A stretch of 64,000 nucleotides of DNA. Source: Candidatus Woesearchaeota archaeon. Lineage in GTDB: Archaea > Nanobdellota > Nanobdellia > Woesearchaeales > ARS49. A program made the translations under genes and the position numbers. The notes beneath the pieces are model-generated. The model searched no databases. It had not been told where the DNA came from and saw only the letters and a program-made list of their open reading frames with translations. This document shows, in pieces, positions 28,815 through 39,772 of the stretch. The stretch is from the NCBI GenBank assembly GCA_018302815.1, contig JAGVZE010000010.1, forward strand, positions 3,523 through 67,522, given 5' to 3'. Position 1 is the first letter of the stretch. Each line of letters opens with the position of its first letter.

Positions 28815-29810
28815 ATGTTCATACCTCCCCTCTTTTTCGCGGCAGTAATCAGTTTTTTATTGAGCGCGTTCGTCATTCCAAGATGGATTGAACGTTCAAA
28901 ACAGCACGGGCTTCTGGTAACTGATGTCCAGAAACTTCCAAACAGGAAAATACCATTTCTTGCAGGACTTGGCGTAGTATTCAGCGCAGTGGTCGGTATC
29001 CTAGGATATATCGCCATCCAGACCTTTCTGTTCAACGAGTCAGCGAATACTACGGTGCTCCTAGCTGCGATCGCGAGCCTTCTAATCGCCCTAGTCATCG
29101 GAGTCGTGGATGACTTGCTTGGAGAGAAAATAGGGCTCACCCAGATTCAAAAACCATTACTAAGCATAGTAGCTGCCCTTCCAATTTCCGTAATCAACGC
29201 CGGACGCAACGTAATGACTCTCCCAATATTGGGAAAAATCCAACTGGGCAATGCGTACCCCTTCGCAATCGTTCCTCTCGCGATAACAGGAGCAGCCAAC
29301 GGTTTCAATATGCTCGCGGGCCTCAATGGACTTGAAGCAGGAATGGGCCTTATCATACTCTCAGCACTAGGTTATTATTCGCTCGCGATGACAGAATACG
29401 CAGCGGCAGTAATAGCATACTGCGCGGTGTTCGCCATCGCACCGTTCTTCTACTACAACAAATACCCCGCGCGCATACTGCCCGGAAACGGATTCACTTA
29501 TTCTATCGGGGCAATCATAGCGATTGTCGCCATCCTGGCTGATGCAGAGCGAACAGCTCTTCTTTTATTCACACCCTACTTCATCGAACTTATGCTCAAG
29601 GCAAGAGGCAGATTCAAGAAAGAAAGCCTCGCAGTACCTCTTCCAGACGGAAGCATCAAGAATCAGTACGCGAAATGGTATTCGCTAAACCATGTCGCAA
29701 TATCATTTCTGCGCGAGATAAAAGGCAAAGCCTACGAATGGGAAGCGTGCTTTGCACTATTAGGGTTTGAACTGATAATAGCATTAATCGCTATTTGGCC
29801 GCATATTTGA
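28815..29810 (+). CDS. aglH: UDP-HexNAc:dolichyl-phosphate HexNAc-1-phosphate transferase (AglH/GPT, MraY-WecA family)
   Basis: NGFNMLAGLNGLEAG matches the NxxNxxDGxDGL signature; 10-11 TM. Confidence 0.75.
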   Translation: MFIPPLFFAAVISFLLSAFVIPRWIERSKQHGLLVTDVQKLPNRKIPFLAGLGVVFSAVVGILGYIAIQTFLFNESANTTVLLAAIASLLIALVIGVVDDLLGEKIGLTQIQKPLLSIVAALPISVINAGRNVMTLPILGKIQLGNAYPFAIVPLAITGAANGFNMLAGLNGLEAGMGLIILSALGYYSLAMTEYAAAVIAYCAVFAIAPFFYYNKYPARILPGNGFTYSIGAIIAIVAILADAERTALLLFTPYFIELMLKARGRFKKESLAVPLPDGSIKNQYAKWYSLNHVAISFLREIKGKAYEWEACFALLGFELIIALIAIWPHI

Positions 29811-29944
29811 ACAGTGCGAATCGTCCGACTAAACACCAGTGATTTATAAATAACCTGCCCTGCAGAATCTGATCAGACGAAAGGAATAAAAAGCACCTGA
29901 AGCTTCACGGTTCATACTGAAAATAAACCAGACAGCAAATAACC

Positions 29945-30748
29945 ATGGATCATCTTGACATACTCGAAAATAAAAGCATACACATCATACGCGAAGCATA
30001 CAAACAGTTCCATCAACTAGGACTTCTTTGGTCCATCGGAAAAGATTCGACCACTCTGCTTTGGCTCTGCCGAAAAGCGTTCTTTGGCAATCTCCCCTTT
30101 CCAGTAATCCACATCGATACGACCTTCAAATTCCCTGAAATGTACACGTTCAGAGATCACTGGGCAAAAGAATGGAAGCTCAACCTAATCATCTCGAAGA
30201 ACCAAGAAGCGCTAGACCGGGGAATCGGCTATGCCACGCACGACGCGATCACCTGCTGTGATGAGTTAAAGACAAAAGCGCTAAAACAGTTAATCGCGCA
30301 AAAAAAATTCAAAGCCATACTTGTAGGCATCAGACGAGACGAGCACGGAATCCGCGCGAAAGAACGGGTCTTCTCTCCACGAAGCGAGAACTTCACATGG
30401 AACTACAAAAATCAGCCGACTGAACTTTGGGACCAATACAATTCATCCGCAGAATCAAGCGATCATATGCGAATCCACCCGTTGCTGCATTGGACAGAAC
30501 TTGACATCTGGGAATACATCAAACGGGAAAACATCCCAATCAACGAACTCTACTTCGCGAAAAATGGCAAACGATACCGCAGCCTTGGCTGTATGCCCAT
30601 AACTAAACCGATTGATTCTACCGCCACCACCGTCGATGCAATCATCGCAGAGCTTAAAACCACAAAAACCGCAGAACGCGCAGGCAGATCACAAGATAAA
30701 GAAACCGCGTACGCAATGCAAAAACTCAGAAGCCTCGGGTATATGTAA
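29945..30748 (+). CDS. cysD: sulfate adenylyltransferase subunit 2 (CysD)
   Basis: SIGKDSTTLLWLCRKAF PP-loop and full-length colinearity with E. coli CysD (IHIDT..KFPEMY.FRD, RRDEH..RAKERV, LGC.P). Confidence 0.9.
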   Translation: MDHLDILENKSIHIIREAYKQFHQLGLLWSIGKDSTTLLWLCRKAFFGNLPFPVIHIDTTFKFPEMYTFRDHWAKEWKLNLIISKNQEALDRGIGYATHDAITCCDELKTKALKQLIAQKKFKAILVGIRRDEHGIRAKERVFSPRSENFTWNYKNQPTELWDQYNSSAESSDHMRIHPLLHWTELDIWEYIKRENIPINELYFAKNGKRYRSLGCMPITKPIDSTATTVDAIIAELKTTKTAERAGRSQDKETAYAMQKLRSLGYM

Positions 30749-30749
30749 A

Positions 30750-30950
30750 ATGGAACATCACAAACGAACATTACTCAAAACTGCCACTTGGAGAATAACC
30801 GGCACAGGATTCACCCTCATTTCAGTCTACGCAGTCACAGGAAGCATGAGCCTGAGCATGACCGCCAGCGCGGCTGAACTCGCGCTCAAACCCATAATAT
30901 ACTACTGCCACGAGCGAGTATGGAATAACATCGGCTGGGCGCGAAAATGA
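30750..30950 (+). CDS. small membrane protein (66 aa)
   Basis: [31 protein letters not shown] has one TM segment; overlaps the cysN start by 4 nt. Confidence 0.3.
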   Translation: MEHHKRTLLKTATWRITGTGFTLISVYAVTGSMSLSMTASAAELALKPIIYYCHERVWNNIGWARK

Positions 30951-32185
30951 ACACTCTTAATTTTGTCATTGTCGGCCACGTGGACCATGGAAAATCAACA
31001 CTAATAGGAAGACTGCTCTATGACACCAACGCGCTCCCGACTGACCGTGTAGAAGAACTCAAAGCAGCATGCAATGCTCTTGGACGAGAACTCGAATTCT
31101 CATTCATAACTGATCATCTTCAGGAAGAGCGCGAGCAAAACGTCACGATAGATACTACCCAAATCAAGTTCAAGACGCAAAACAGAGATTACACCATAAT
31201 CGATGCACCGGGGCACAAAGAATTCCTGAAAAATATGATGACCGGAGCATCCCAAGCAGAAGCAGCCGCGCTAATAGTGGATGCAAAAGAGGGCGTGCAG
31301 GAACAGACAAGACGCCACGCATCCATAATCGCATTGTTAGGCATAAAACAAGTGGTTGTGCTGCTCAACAAGATGGACCTTGTCGAATTCTCAAAAGAAC
31401 GCTTTGATCAACTAAAAGCACAAACTGAAACATTCTTCAAAACACTAGATATGACTCCCGCACACATCATTCCCATAGTCGCAAAAGATGGAGACAATTG
31501 TGCGAACCCGTCAACACGGATGCAGTGGTATTCTGGTTTGACATTTTTAGAGGCGCTTGACCAGTTCACCATCAAAGAAAAACCAACAAACAAGCCGCTT
31601 CGATACTCAGTACAAGACGTGTACAAAGTCGGTGAAAAAAGAATCCTGGTTGGCAGGGTGGAAGCAGGAGTTCTGAAATCAGGACAAAAAATCACATTCC
31701 TTCCATCAAATAAACAAACAGTTGTCAAAACAATAGAAGTCTTTGGAAACGAAGGGAAAAAAGAGGCAGAAGCGGGAGAATGCATCGGAATCACAATATC
31801 CGACCCATTATTCATAGAACGAGGAGAAATAGCGTGCGCAGTGGAACAGCCGCCAATTATCGCACAAAAAATAGAATCAAATGTATTCTGGTTCTCCAGC
31901 AAAAACTTCGAGAAAAAAGATAAAATCACAATAAAACTCGCGACGCAAGAAGCATCCTGCCGCGTTGAACAACTTGAACGAATCGATTCATCGACATTTG
32001 AAGTGATAGAACACGATGCGACACAGCTTTGCCCCACAGAAATAGGCAGATTCGTACTCATACCTGAAAAACCAATAGTGATAGAGGATTTCAATGAAGT
32101 CGAAGAACTCGGCAGATTTGTCCTTGAACTGAATGGGGAAGCCGCAGGAGGCGGCATAGTAGTCTCAAAACAAGACAAAGCATGA
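30947..32185 (+). CDS. cysN: sulfate adenylyltransferase subunit 1 (CysN, GTPase)
   Basis: [36 protein letters not shown]; CysN-like rather than EF-Tu-like spacing. No C-terminal APS-kinase domain. Confidence 0.85.
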   Translation: MNTLNFVIVGHVDHGKSTLIGRLLYDTNALPTDRVEELKAACNALGRELEFSFITDHLQEEREQNVTIDTTQIKFKTQNRDYTIIDAPGHKEFLKNMMTGASQAEAAALIVDAKEGVQEQTRRHASIIALLGIKQVVVLLNKMDLVEFSKERFDQLKAQTETFFKTLDMTPAHIIPIVAKDGDNCANPSTRMQWYSGLTFLEALDQFTIKEKPTNKPLRYSVQDVYKVGEKRILVGRVEAGVLKSGQKITFLPSNKQTVVKTIEVFGNEGKKEAEAGECIGITISDPLFIERGEIACAVEQPPIIAQKIESNVFWFSSKNFEKKDKITIKLATQEASCRVEQLERIDSSTFEVIEHDATQLCPTEIGRFVLIPEKPIVIEDFNEVEELGRFVLELNGEAAGGGIVVSKQDKA

Positions 32186-32901
32186 CAAAACTCATTATTC
32201 TCGGAATGGACGGACTTGAATACGACCTTGTCACAAAATTCGGCTATAAAAACCTCATGCAAGACCATTTCGGGAAAACAGATATTTCGGAATTTGAGCT
32301 TCCGCGAAGCGTCATATTATGGTCCTCGTTTATCGCAGGAAAAAGCAAAGAAAAAGAACTCACCGCGCTGACGAATTTTTGGCACGCAAAAATGCCTATC
32401 GCGCAGACCTTCTTTGCGAACGCCAAAAATCCACTCGCACTAGATGTTCCCGGATTCACATACATTAACGAACAGCATGATCGTGAACGACAAAATATGA
32501 AAGATTTCCTTGAAGGCAAGAATATCACCATAGAAGAATATGACAAACACGTATTCGCACACCATCAAAAAATCAAGGAACAATTTTTCAAGGCGCTTGA
32601 AACAGGAGAACATGACGTCATCATGGCATATTTTAGCGTGTCTGATGTCATAGGGCATTTGAGCTTTGGCATAACGCCCAAAATGAGAATGATATACCAA
32701 GATTTAGATGAAATCGCGGCCAAAGTCAAAGCAAAATTCAGGGGGAAATTGCTCATAATATCAGACCACGGCATGTTCGCGCGCGGAAGATTCGGCGATC
32801 ATACAACATACGGCTTCTGGTCAACTAATTTCGACGTTCAATTCAAAAATCCGAAACTCACAGACTTCTTCAAAACACTAATCGATGCACAGTTGGAATA
32901 G
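32182..32901 (+). CDS. small alkaline-phosphatase-superfamily metalloenzyme (NPP/phosphodiesterase-like)
   Basis: [13 protein letters not shown] start and ISDHGM near the C-terminus; 239 aa. Confidence 0.4.
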   Translation: MTKLIILGMDGLEYDLVTKFGYKNLMQDHFGKTDISEFELPRSVILWSSFIAGKSKEKELTALTNFWHAKMPIAQTFFANAKNPLALDVPGFTYINEQHDRERQNMKDFLEGKNITIEEYDKHVFAHHQKIKEQFFKALETGEHDVIMAYFSVSDVIGHLSFGITPKMRMIYQDLDEIAAKVKAKFRGKLLIISDHGMFARGRFGDHTTYGFWSTNFDVQFKNPKLTDFFKTLIDAQLE

Positions 32902-32903
32902 CA

Positions 32904-33674
32904 ATGAAATTTCTTCCACGATTGAAAGAATATCTGAACTTACTGGTAGTCTTCACTAAGATGGAGTTCCTTACGAAATATCAGGGGAGCTTCTTAGGCT
33001 TCGCATGGTATTTTATAAACCCCATACTGACATTCGCATTGCTTTATTTGATATTCTCAACAAGATTCGGCGCAGACATAGAGAATTACGAGGCATACCT
33101 ATTAATCGGCATAGTGCAGTGGAATTTTTTCCAATCTGCCGTAGGCAAATCAATCGGCGCAGTGTTTGAAAACCACGCGCTCATAAAATCAATAAATTTT
33201 CCGCGGGAAATAGTCATAATGGCATCAGTGTTGGCCGCCTTAATAAGCCACCTATTTGAACTGGTGTTGCTCGCGTGCACAATGATATATCTTAAGATGA
33301 GCATTGTGAACATGATATTCATTTTGCCAATACTATTCATCCAATTATTATTCGCGCTCGGAGTTTCTTTGATATTATCATCAGTAGTAGTATATGTGAG
33401 CGATGTGCAGCAAGCATGGGTTTACATATCGCGCCTCTGGTGGCTTGGAACGCCCATATTCTACATGGCAAATGAAGGATCGAAATTGTTCTTGTTCAAC
33501 ATACGATTTAACACGCAATTCCAATTCATTTACACCACAAGAGAGCTGCTCATCAATAATACGTTCCCTACACCATCGCTGGTATTCTCAATGACTATCA
33601 ATTCGATATTGATATTTATAGCGGGATACCTGGTATTCAATAAACTCAAAGTTCGTTTTCCGGAGCTCATATGA
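32904..33674 (+). CDS. ABC-2 type polysaccharide exporter permease (Wzm/TagG-like)
   Basis: 256 aa with 6 TM; directly precedes an ABC ATPase that overlaps it by 4 nt. Confidence 0.7.
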   Translation: MKFLPRLKEYLNLLVVFTKMEFLTKYQGSFLGFAWYFINPILTFALLYLIFSTRFGADIENYEAYLLIGIVQWNFFQSAVGKSIGAVFENHALIKSINFPREIVIMASVLAALISHLFELVLLACTMIYLKMSIVNMIFILPILFIQLLFALGVSLILSSVVVYVSDVQQAWVYISRLWWLGTPIFYMANEGSKLFLFNIRFNTQFQFIYTTRELLINNTFPTPSLVFSMTINSILIFIAGYLVFNKLKVRFPELI

Positions 33675-34414
33675 AACAAGTAATAGAAGCAACAAATGTA
33701 TTCAAAAAATACCCAATAGAGTTGATGAGAAAAAAAAGAAGGCAATTCTTTAAAATATTATTCGATGGATTTCCAAAAATAGAGCATGTACAAGCGTTGA
33801 ACGGTGTTAGTTTGCGCATACAACAAGGAGAATGCGTTGGCATAATAGGTCCGAACGGGAGCGGCAAATCGACTCTCCTTAGCATAATCGCAGGAATCCT
33901 GAAAGCAGACAGCGGCAACATAAAGACAAAAGGGAAAATAGTATCATTGTTCGACACTAAACTCGGAAGACAGGAAATGAGCGCAGATACAAATCGCCGC
34001 TTTCTTTGCGGACTTTTTGGAATGCCGCGAAAACAGATCAGCAAAACGAAAAGCGCGGTGTTCAAGACAGCAGGATTATCAAATTTCGCGGATACACCGA
34101 TGATAAAATACTCGCGCGGAATGAGGGATAGACTGATGTTATCTTTATCGCTCAGCGTCAAACCGGACATACTTCTCCTCGATGAAGTACTTTCAGAATC
34201 AGATGAAGCATTCAGGTCGAAATTCGCAAAAGCCATAAGAAAATACGCTTCTTCGGGAAAAACAGTCATCATGATAAGCCACGAGCTCGCGCTCGTAGAG
34301 AAAATGTGCGCAAGGACAATCTGGCTCGATAAAGGCACCATACGAATGGACGCAAACACAGCGAAAGTCTTAAAAACCTACAGGGAGGCGTCTTGCAATG
34401 CAACAAAAATATGA
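33671..34414 (+). CDS. ABC transporter ATP-binding protein (Wzt/TagH-like)
   Basis: Walker A GIIGPNGSGKSTLL, signature YSRGMRDRL, Walker B ILLLDEVLS. Confidence 0.85.
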   Translation: MKQVIEATNVFKKYPIELMRKKRRQFFKILFDGFPKIEHVQALNGVSLRIQQGECVGIIGPNGSGKSTLLSIIAGILKADSGNIKTKGKIVSLFDTKLGRQEMSADTNRRFLCGLFGMPRKQISKTKSAVFKTAGLSNFADTPMIKYSRGMRDRLMLSLSLSVKPDILLLDEVLSESDEAFRSKFAKAIRKYASSGKTVIMISHELALVEKMCARTIWLDKGTIRMDANTAKVLKTYREASCNATKI

Positions 34415-35795
34415 CCACGTGCTATTCATATCGATGGACACGTGCAGGGCGGACCATCTTGGCTGCTACGGACATTCAAGGAAAACCACGCCAATACTGT
34501 CAAAATTCTGCGAAGAAAACATAATATTTGAGAAATCGTTTTCATCGAGCGTGCCAACATTACCCTCACACACAACAGTATTTACCTCGCTCTATCAAGG
34601 CGTCCATGGCGCAGAAGTGACACTCTCTGCGCCCATGCCTGAAAAACTCACCACGATAGCTGAAGTCCTGAAACGGCAAGGCCACATAACCGCAGCATTC
34701 CACAGCGGCGCCCAATTAAGCGAGATATGGAATGTCTTCAAAGGATTCGACATCGTTAATTATGCGTCCACACAATCAATAAAAGAAACAGCGGGATTTT
34801 ACAAAGAGTTCATAGAAGCCAACAAAGACAAGAAGACATTCGGATTCGTCCACGGATTGGATATGCACTTCCCACACTACAAACCAGGCCTGTTCTCTGA
34901 TGAATTAAAAGTCGATAAACAAAGAGTGATAGACAAAATCAACGATTGCGACCACGACCTGACTGGTGAAGGCACAAAAACAGAAGTCTGCGCACTATAC
35001 GATGACAGCATAGTATTTTTTGACCGGCACATAGGCACGATATTTGACAAGCTAAAAGAGTTAGGTATATACGATAAGACAATCATAGTAATCTTCGGAG
35101 ATCATGGCGAAGAATTCGGCGAACGATCAAGAATGGCCGCGCACCACAAGAACCTTTTTGATGAACTTATAAGAGTCCCATTCCTACTTCGGATACCCGG
35201 ATTAGAACCTAAAAAAATCAGAACGAACGTGCGGCTCATAGATATAATGCCGACAGTGCTGGCCGCCATGGGAATCAATGAACAAATAATCATGCAAGGA
35301 GAGAATCTGCTGCCGACAATCCTTGGAACGAAAAGCATAGACCTTCCTGTTTTCACAGAATACCTGCACCGTAATTCATATGCAATCAGCATCAAAACAA
35401 GCTTTTTGCAATTAATCTGTGAAAGGGAAAGCACTTTTTTGAGAAAGCTCATATTGCGCTATAGATCCATAAGAAAACACGCATCTAAAGAACCGAGCTT
35501 ATTGCGTAGATTGGCAGTCATGACAAAACTACTCATCATAAAATCAAAATCATTCACCGAATTTGACACTATAACATTCTGTGATGCGCGATCGGAAGAA
35601 AGAAACAAACCGCGCCTCATAGTCGCCAGATTAGGAAAATATGAGCGAAGAATAGTGAACAGACTTCTTGAGTTGATAAGCAAGCAAATGGAAGAGAACA
35701 AGCTGCTGCAACAAGAACTCACCGGAGGAGTAAAAACAACAGTGGAACTTCGAGGAGAAATGAAAAAAAGCCTTGAAGAGTTAAACTACCTATGA
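34398..35795 (+). CDS. sulfatase-family (alkaline phosphatase superfamily) enzyme, Thr-type nucleophile motif
   Basis: SMDTCRADHLGCYGH N-terminus; TLPSHTTVFTS sits at the position of the sulfatase C/S-x-P-x-R motif; GDHGEEFGE metal-binding block. Confidence 0.65.
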   Translation: MQQKYDHVLFISMDTCRADHLGCYGHSRKTTPILSKFCEENIIFEKSFSSSVPTLPSHTTVFTSLYQGVHGAEVTLSAPMPEKLTTIAEVLKRQGHITAAFHSGAQLSEIWNVFKGFDIVNYASTQSIKETAGFYKEFIEANKDKKTFGFVHGLDMHFPHYKPGLFSDELKVDKQRVIDKINDCDHDLTGEGTKTEVCALYDDSIVFFDRHIGTIFDKLKELGIYDKTIIVIFGDHGEEFGERSRMAAHHKNLFDELIRVPFLLRIPGLEPKKIRTNVRLIDIMPTVLAAMGINEQIIMQGENLLPTILGTKSIDLPVFTEYLHRNSYAISIKTSFLQLICERESTFLRKLILRYRSIRKHASKEPSLLRRLAVMTKLLIIKSKSFTEFDTITFCDARSEERNKPRLIVARLGKYERRIVNRLLELISKQMEENKLLQQELTGGVKTTVELRGEMKKSLEELNYL

Positions 35796-37225
35796 ACACT
35801 CCCCCTAAGAACGTGATATACATATCTATTGATTGCGGAAGACGCGATCATTTCAGCTGTTATGGCTATCCTGATACTACGACACCGAACATAGATCGGT
35901 TCAGCAAAAAAAGCACACTATTCAGGAACGCGTTCACACAGGCGCCATCAACACTTCCATCACACTCGACGCTATTCACATCAACATACCCCTCAGTGCA
36001 CGAGGCGGAAATATCAACAGGTAAAGCCCTGCCAAAAACAATCCCGACCATCGCGTCAATACTGCAACACGCAGGTTATGCGACCGCATCTTTCAACGGA
36101 GGAGCGCAACTCGACCCCTCATGGAAACTTGACCGAGGTTTTGACACGTACCAAACAGGGAAAAGCTTGGTAAATAATATCGAACTTGCGATCGACTGGG
36201 TGAAAGATAATAAGTCAACGCAGTTCTTCTTATTCCTGCACGGTTATGACGTACATAAACGCCTAAAACTCATGGGTCCGCGTTTTCTCGCGCAATTCGA
36301 TAATGCAGAACAAGCAGAGAAAGAAAGGGCAGCATTGAATGAGCGCCTCAAAAAAAATCCGACCGCATCTGAAGAAGACAAGCGAAAATACCTGCTTCTT
36401 TATGATGATAATTTAGAACTTGTGGATACAGCTCTGGGTCACCTGTTTACTTTTTTGGATGAGATTGACCTATCTGAAAACACCATCATCGTCATCTTTG
36501 CAGACCATGGAGAGGAACTTGGCGAGCGTTCAAGTGTGGCTTTGCACTCGCACACGCTCTATGATGAACTGTTACGCGTCCCCTTGCTATTGAAAATACC
36601 CGGAACAGAACAAAAAGAGATCGATAATCCTGTCGGACTTATCGACGTCACACCAACCATACTTGAAACGTTGGGAATAGATATTCCACAGATAATGCAA
36701 GGAAAAAGCGTCCTTCCAATAATGGCCGGCAAAGAAACACAAGACCGCACCATCTTTAGCGAATTCCATTATCCGCATTTTGAAAAAATGTGCGTACGCA
36801 CAAGACACCATAAATTGATAGAGACGCTACACACGAATTACGGCGAAGCTATGCTGAAAAACAAAGCCTTCAAAGGCTCCCAGTATTCAAAAATACAAAA
36901 AATCAAGGAATTCTCAAATAGACCGGCATACCTTCTTGCAAACGCAATTTATTTCATACTCAAAAGAATAGGATTATGCTCTCTTTGGATTCGGCTTTTT
37001 GGTCTTTTCAAGACGTATGAATTCTACGATCTTAAAATCGATCCGAAAGAGGAGACCAATATCTACTATGACGACCCTGCGAAAGCAAGCAGCCACCTGA
37101 AACTTCTTGAGAAATTATGCAAAATAAACCAGCAGAGAAGAGACGTTAAAGATTCAACACCCCGAATCGTTCAAATGAGTGAAAAATTAAAAAAACGGCT
37201 TAGCGAGCTCGGATACATTCAATAA
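35792..37225 (+). CDS. sulfatase-family (alkaline phosphatase superfamily) enzyme, paralog
   Basis: SIDCGRRDHFSCYGY; TLPSHSTLFTS; ADHGEELGE; overlaps the upstream paralog by 4 nt. Confidence 0.65.
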   Translation: MNTPPKNVIYISIDCGRRDHFSCYGYPDTTTPNIDRFSKKSTLFRNAFTQAPSTLPSHSTLFTSTYPSVHEAEISTGKALPKTIPTIASILQHAGYATASFNGGAQLDPSWKLDRGFDTYQTGKSLVNNIELAIDWVKDNKSTQFFLFLHGYDVHKRLKLMGPRFLAQFDNAEQAEKERAALNERLKKNPTASEEDKRKYLLLYDDNLELVDTALGHLFTFLDEIDLSENTIIVIFADHGEELGERSSVALHSHTLYDELLRVPLLLKIPGTEQKEIDNPVGLIDVTPTILETLGIDIPQIMQGKSVLPIMAGKETQDRTIFSEFHYPHFEKMCVRTRHHKLIETLHTNYGEAMLKNKAFKGSQYSKIQKIKEFSNRPAYLLANAIYFILKRIGLCSLWIRLFGLFKTYEFYDLKIDPKEETNIYYDDPAKASSHLKLLEKLCKINQQRRDVKDSTPRIVQMSEKLKKRLSELGYIQ

Positions 37226-38426
37226 CTTTTTTCATGCCATTCACGAATACCGAAAGATCAAATTCCTTCGCACGCGCCATTCTTAAAGCAGAATCAGTTG
37301 GAATATCTTCTTTAATCGCCTGAGCAAGAGTCTTCGCAGTCATCTGCGGCACAAGTTTTCCCACACTTGGAAGAACAGTTTCAACATATCCTCCTGATTG
37401 AGGTGCGATAACGTATTTCCCAGAAGCTAAAGCCTCTATCACAGTCATCCCGAAATCCTCGTCTATCGCGGTTGTAATGAAACCCCTGCATCCCGCATAT
37501 AACTCGGCAAGTTCCTCTTCGCTCACTGCGCCTTTATATGTGACATTTTCAGGTAACCTATCAAGAATACCATTGAACGATGCATCATCTCCTTTCGCAC
37601 CCACGATGATCAAGTGTTCATCAGGCAAATCAGCGAATGCCTTTATTTGCATCATGATTCGTTTATGCCGCTCTATCCTATTCACACTAAGCCAGAAATT
37701 TTGAGGGTTTTTACATGAGTATTTTTGCGTGTCAATCCCAGGATACACAACCACCGATTCCCTGCCGAAAATGCCCTTCACTGAGTTCGCAGTGTATTTA
37801 CTGTTCACAACAATCGCAGTCACGCAATTCACAAATGATTTATCACTTTCAACATTCTTAAAAAAACGCAACGCCTTGAAATTCCTAATCAATTCACGCA
37901 AACCCTTCAATTTGCTATTTCGAATAATCCTAAATGCATCAGCCATTTGCCGCAATATCGGCGCTCTTTTTGACACTGCCTGCTTAAGTTTAATGAACAA
38001 GGTACTCTGCACCGGATAATGTAATCCTTTATCAGGATGATGGCAGTACCAAATAGACGGCTTATGCTTATCTGCTGCGTGTAAAGAATGTATGCCGCTG
38101 AAAATAAAAAAGTCATATTTTCCCTGAAAATCGCACTCGCTAAAGCGCTTGATTGTAACTCTGGTGCGTAAAATAGGCTCATTAATAGGTTCTCCTAAAC
38201 GAACAATATTTACCCCCTGCGCCTCAAGAACAGCGACAACCTCATCACTCGCCTGCCCAGTAATAATATCCGCACCCACTGCTTTAGCGAGGCATATCAT
38301 CAATTTCTCAGCGCCACCTATCGTTGAGAACGTGTCGTGTAAAATCGCTCCTTTCACCACGATCCAAGAAGGACAAGCATATATAAATTTGACCACATCT
38401 CCCGCAGAATTGGCAATCTCAATCAC
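37200..38426 (-). CDS. glycosyltransferase family 4
   Basis: C-terminal EDFGMTVIEALASGKYVIAP GT4 motif. Convergent with, and overlapping, the end of the sulfatase-family gene, so the true stop/start may differ. Confidence 0.65.
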   Translation of the reverse strand: MIEIANSAGDVVKFIYACPSWIVVKGAILHDTFSTIGGAEKLMICLAKAVGADIITGQASDEVVAVLEAQGVNIVRLGEPINEPILRTRVTIKRFSECDFQGKYDFFIFSGIHSLHAADKHKPSIWYCHHPDKGLHYPVQSTLFIKLKQAVSKRAPILRQMADAFRIIRNSKLKGLRELIRNFKALRFFKNVESDKSFVNCVTAIVVNSKYTANSVKGIFGRESVVVYPGIDTQKYSCKNPQNFWLSVNRIERHKRIMMQIKAFADLPDEHLIIVGAKGDDASFNGILDRLPENVTYKGAVSEEELAELYAGCRGFITTAIDEDFGMTVIEALASGKYVIAPQSGGYVETVLPSVGKLVPQMTAKTLAQAIKEDIPTDSALRMARAKEFDLSVFVNGMKKVIECIRAR

Positions 38427-38519
38427 AGTATTATCTTCATAGTTCTAGAAAAAAACTTAACGTTCGTTAAAAACATTACACAATATTTAAAAAGCACATT
38501 TTCACCGTAAATAGGCATT

Positions 38520-39662
38520 ATGAGCCCAGTAGTAAAGACACAATACCACTCATGGTGCACAGGAAACTTATCAGAAGGATGCATCCAGTGCGTCAACGGC
38601 CGAAAACTAGTACTTTTCATCACAGGGCTTTGCGCGCAGCGATGCTGGTACTGCCCTGTAAGCGAACAAAAATTCGGAGAAGATGTCGCTTTTGCCAACG
38701 AATGGAAAATCAGCGACCCGAAAAATCCTGTTGAATTATTCGAAGAAGCGCGGCTAACTAACGCGACAGGAGCCGGAATAACAGGCGGAGACCCCCTCGT
38801 TCTAACAGAACGGTGCGTTGAATATATCAAACTTCTAAAAAAACGATTCGGCAAAGAATTCCACATACACCTATACACTCCACTAAAACTAGTCACACAA
38901 GAACGCCTCAAAAAACTATACGACGCAGGACTTGATGAAATAAGATTTCACCCCAATATCGAAGACAAAACCTTGTGGGACAGGCTTAATCTCGCAAAAC
39001 AATTCAAATGGAAAATTGGAATAGAAATACCAGTCATACCTTTCCTTGAAAAAGAGATGAAAGAACTCATAGATTACGCAAAAGGCAAGATTGACTTCAT
39101 CAATTTGAACGAACTAGAACGCTCAGACACCCAAACAAGCCATTACAAAATCGATGAGAGAAACTTGAAGCAGAAAGACGCAATAAGTTACGGCGTGAAA
39201 GGCAGCAAAGAACTCGCATTAAAACTATTGAAATACGCGCAAAGCAAAGGACTCGCCGCGCACTTTTGCACTGCAAAACTAAAAGATTCCGTGCAGATGA
39301 AAAACAGGTTACAGATACGCGCCAAGAATGCGAAGTACGATTTTGATGAAATGACTGAAGAGGGCCTGCTTCTAAGGGGATGCGCATATTTGAAACAGCT
39401 CGCCCCAGGAGCAGGATACCGCGAGAAAATAAAGCAAGCGGATAAACAAAAATTATTGCGCGAATTAGAGATTATCAGAAAAACAGTACTCTCCAAATGG
39501 GAAACTCCCATTGAAATAGACAGCGAAAAACTGCGCATCATACTTCCAATAGAATTCGTCAAAAAGCATAAGCTAGCGCTTAAAAAAATAGGAGTAATAC
39601 TCGCAATAGTAGAAGAATATCCTACCGCTGACGCCATAGAAATGACTGTCGACTTTCTTTGA
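38520..39662 (+). CDS. radical SAM domain protein
   Basis: ITGLCAQRCWYCP (CxxxCxxC) plus an upstream CxxC; 380 aa. Confidence 0.65.
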   Translation: MSPVVKTQYHSWCTGNLSEGCIQCVNGRKLVLFITGLCAQRCWYCPVSEQKFGEDVAFANEWKISDPKNPVELFEEARLTNATGAGITGGDPLVLTERCVEYIKLLKKRFGKEFHIHLYTPLKLVTQERLKKLYDAGLDEIRFHPNIEDKTLWDRLNLAKQFKWKIGIEIPVIPFLEKEMKELIDYAKGKIDFINLNELERSDTQTSHYKIDERNLKQKDAISYGVKGSKELALKLLKYAQSKGLAAHFCTAKLKDSVQMKNRLQIRAKNAKYDFDEMTEEGLLLRGCAYLKQLAPGAGYREKIKQADKQKLLRELEIIRKTVLSKWETPIEIDSEKLRIILPIEFVKKHKLALKKIGVILAIVEEYPTADAIEMTVDFL

Positions 39663-39772
39663 TTGAACTGTTCAAAGTGCGGGAAAAGAGCATCAAAAGC
39701 AGGTGTAAATACTCCACTCTCACTGGACAATCGTCCATTATCTTTATAAATCATCCATAGCGGTTATACTAT

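Noticed and set aside
31408-32268. 286-aa minus-strand ORF antisense to cysN
   Set aside because: Low-complexity Ser-rich translation lying fully inside a confidently identified gene; typical shadow ORF. The same applies to 33667..34359 (antisense of the ABC ATPase), 39188..39754, 42011..42463, 43550..44050 and 21862..22452.
34398-37225. Calling the two AP-superfamily proteins formylglycine-dependent arylsulfatases
   Set aside because: The diagnostic C/S-x-P-x-R motif is replaced by T-x-P-x-H in both. They are kept as 'sulfatase-family' only.
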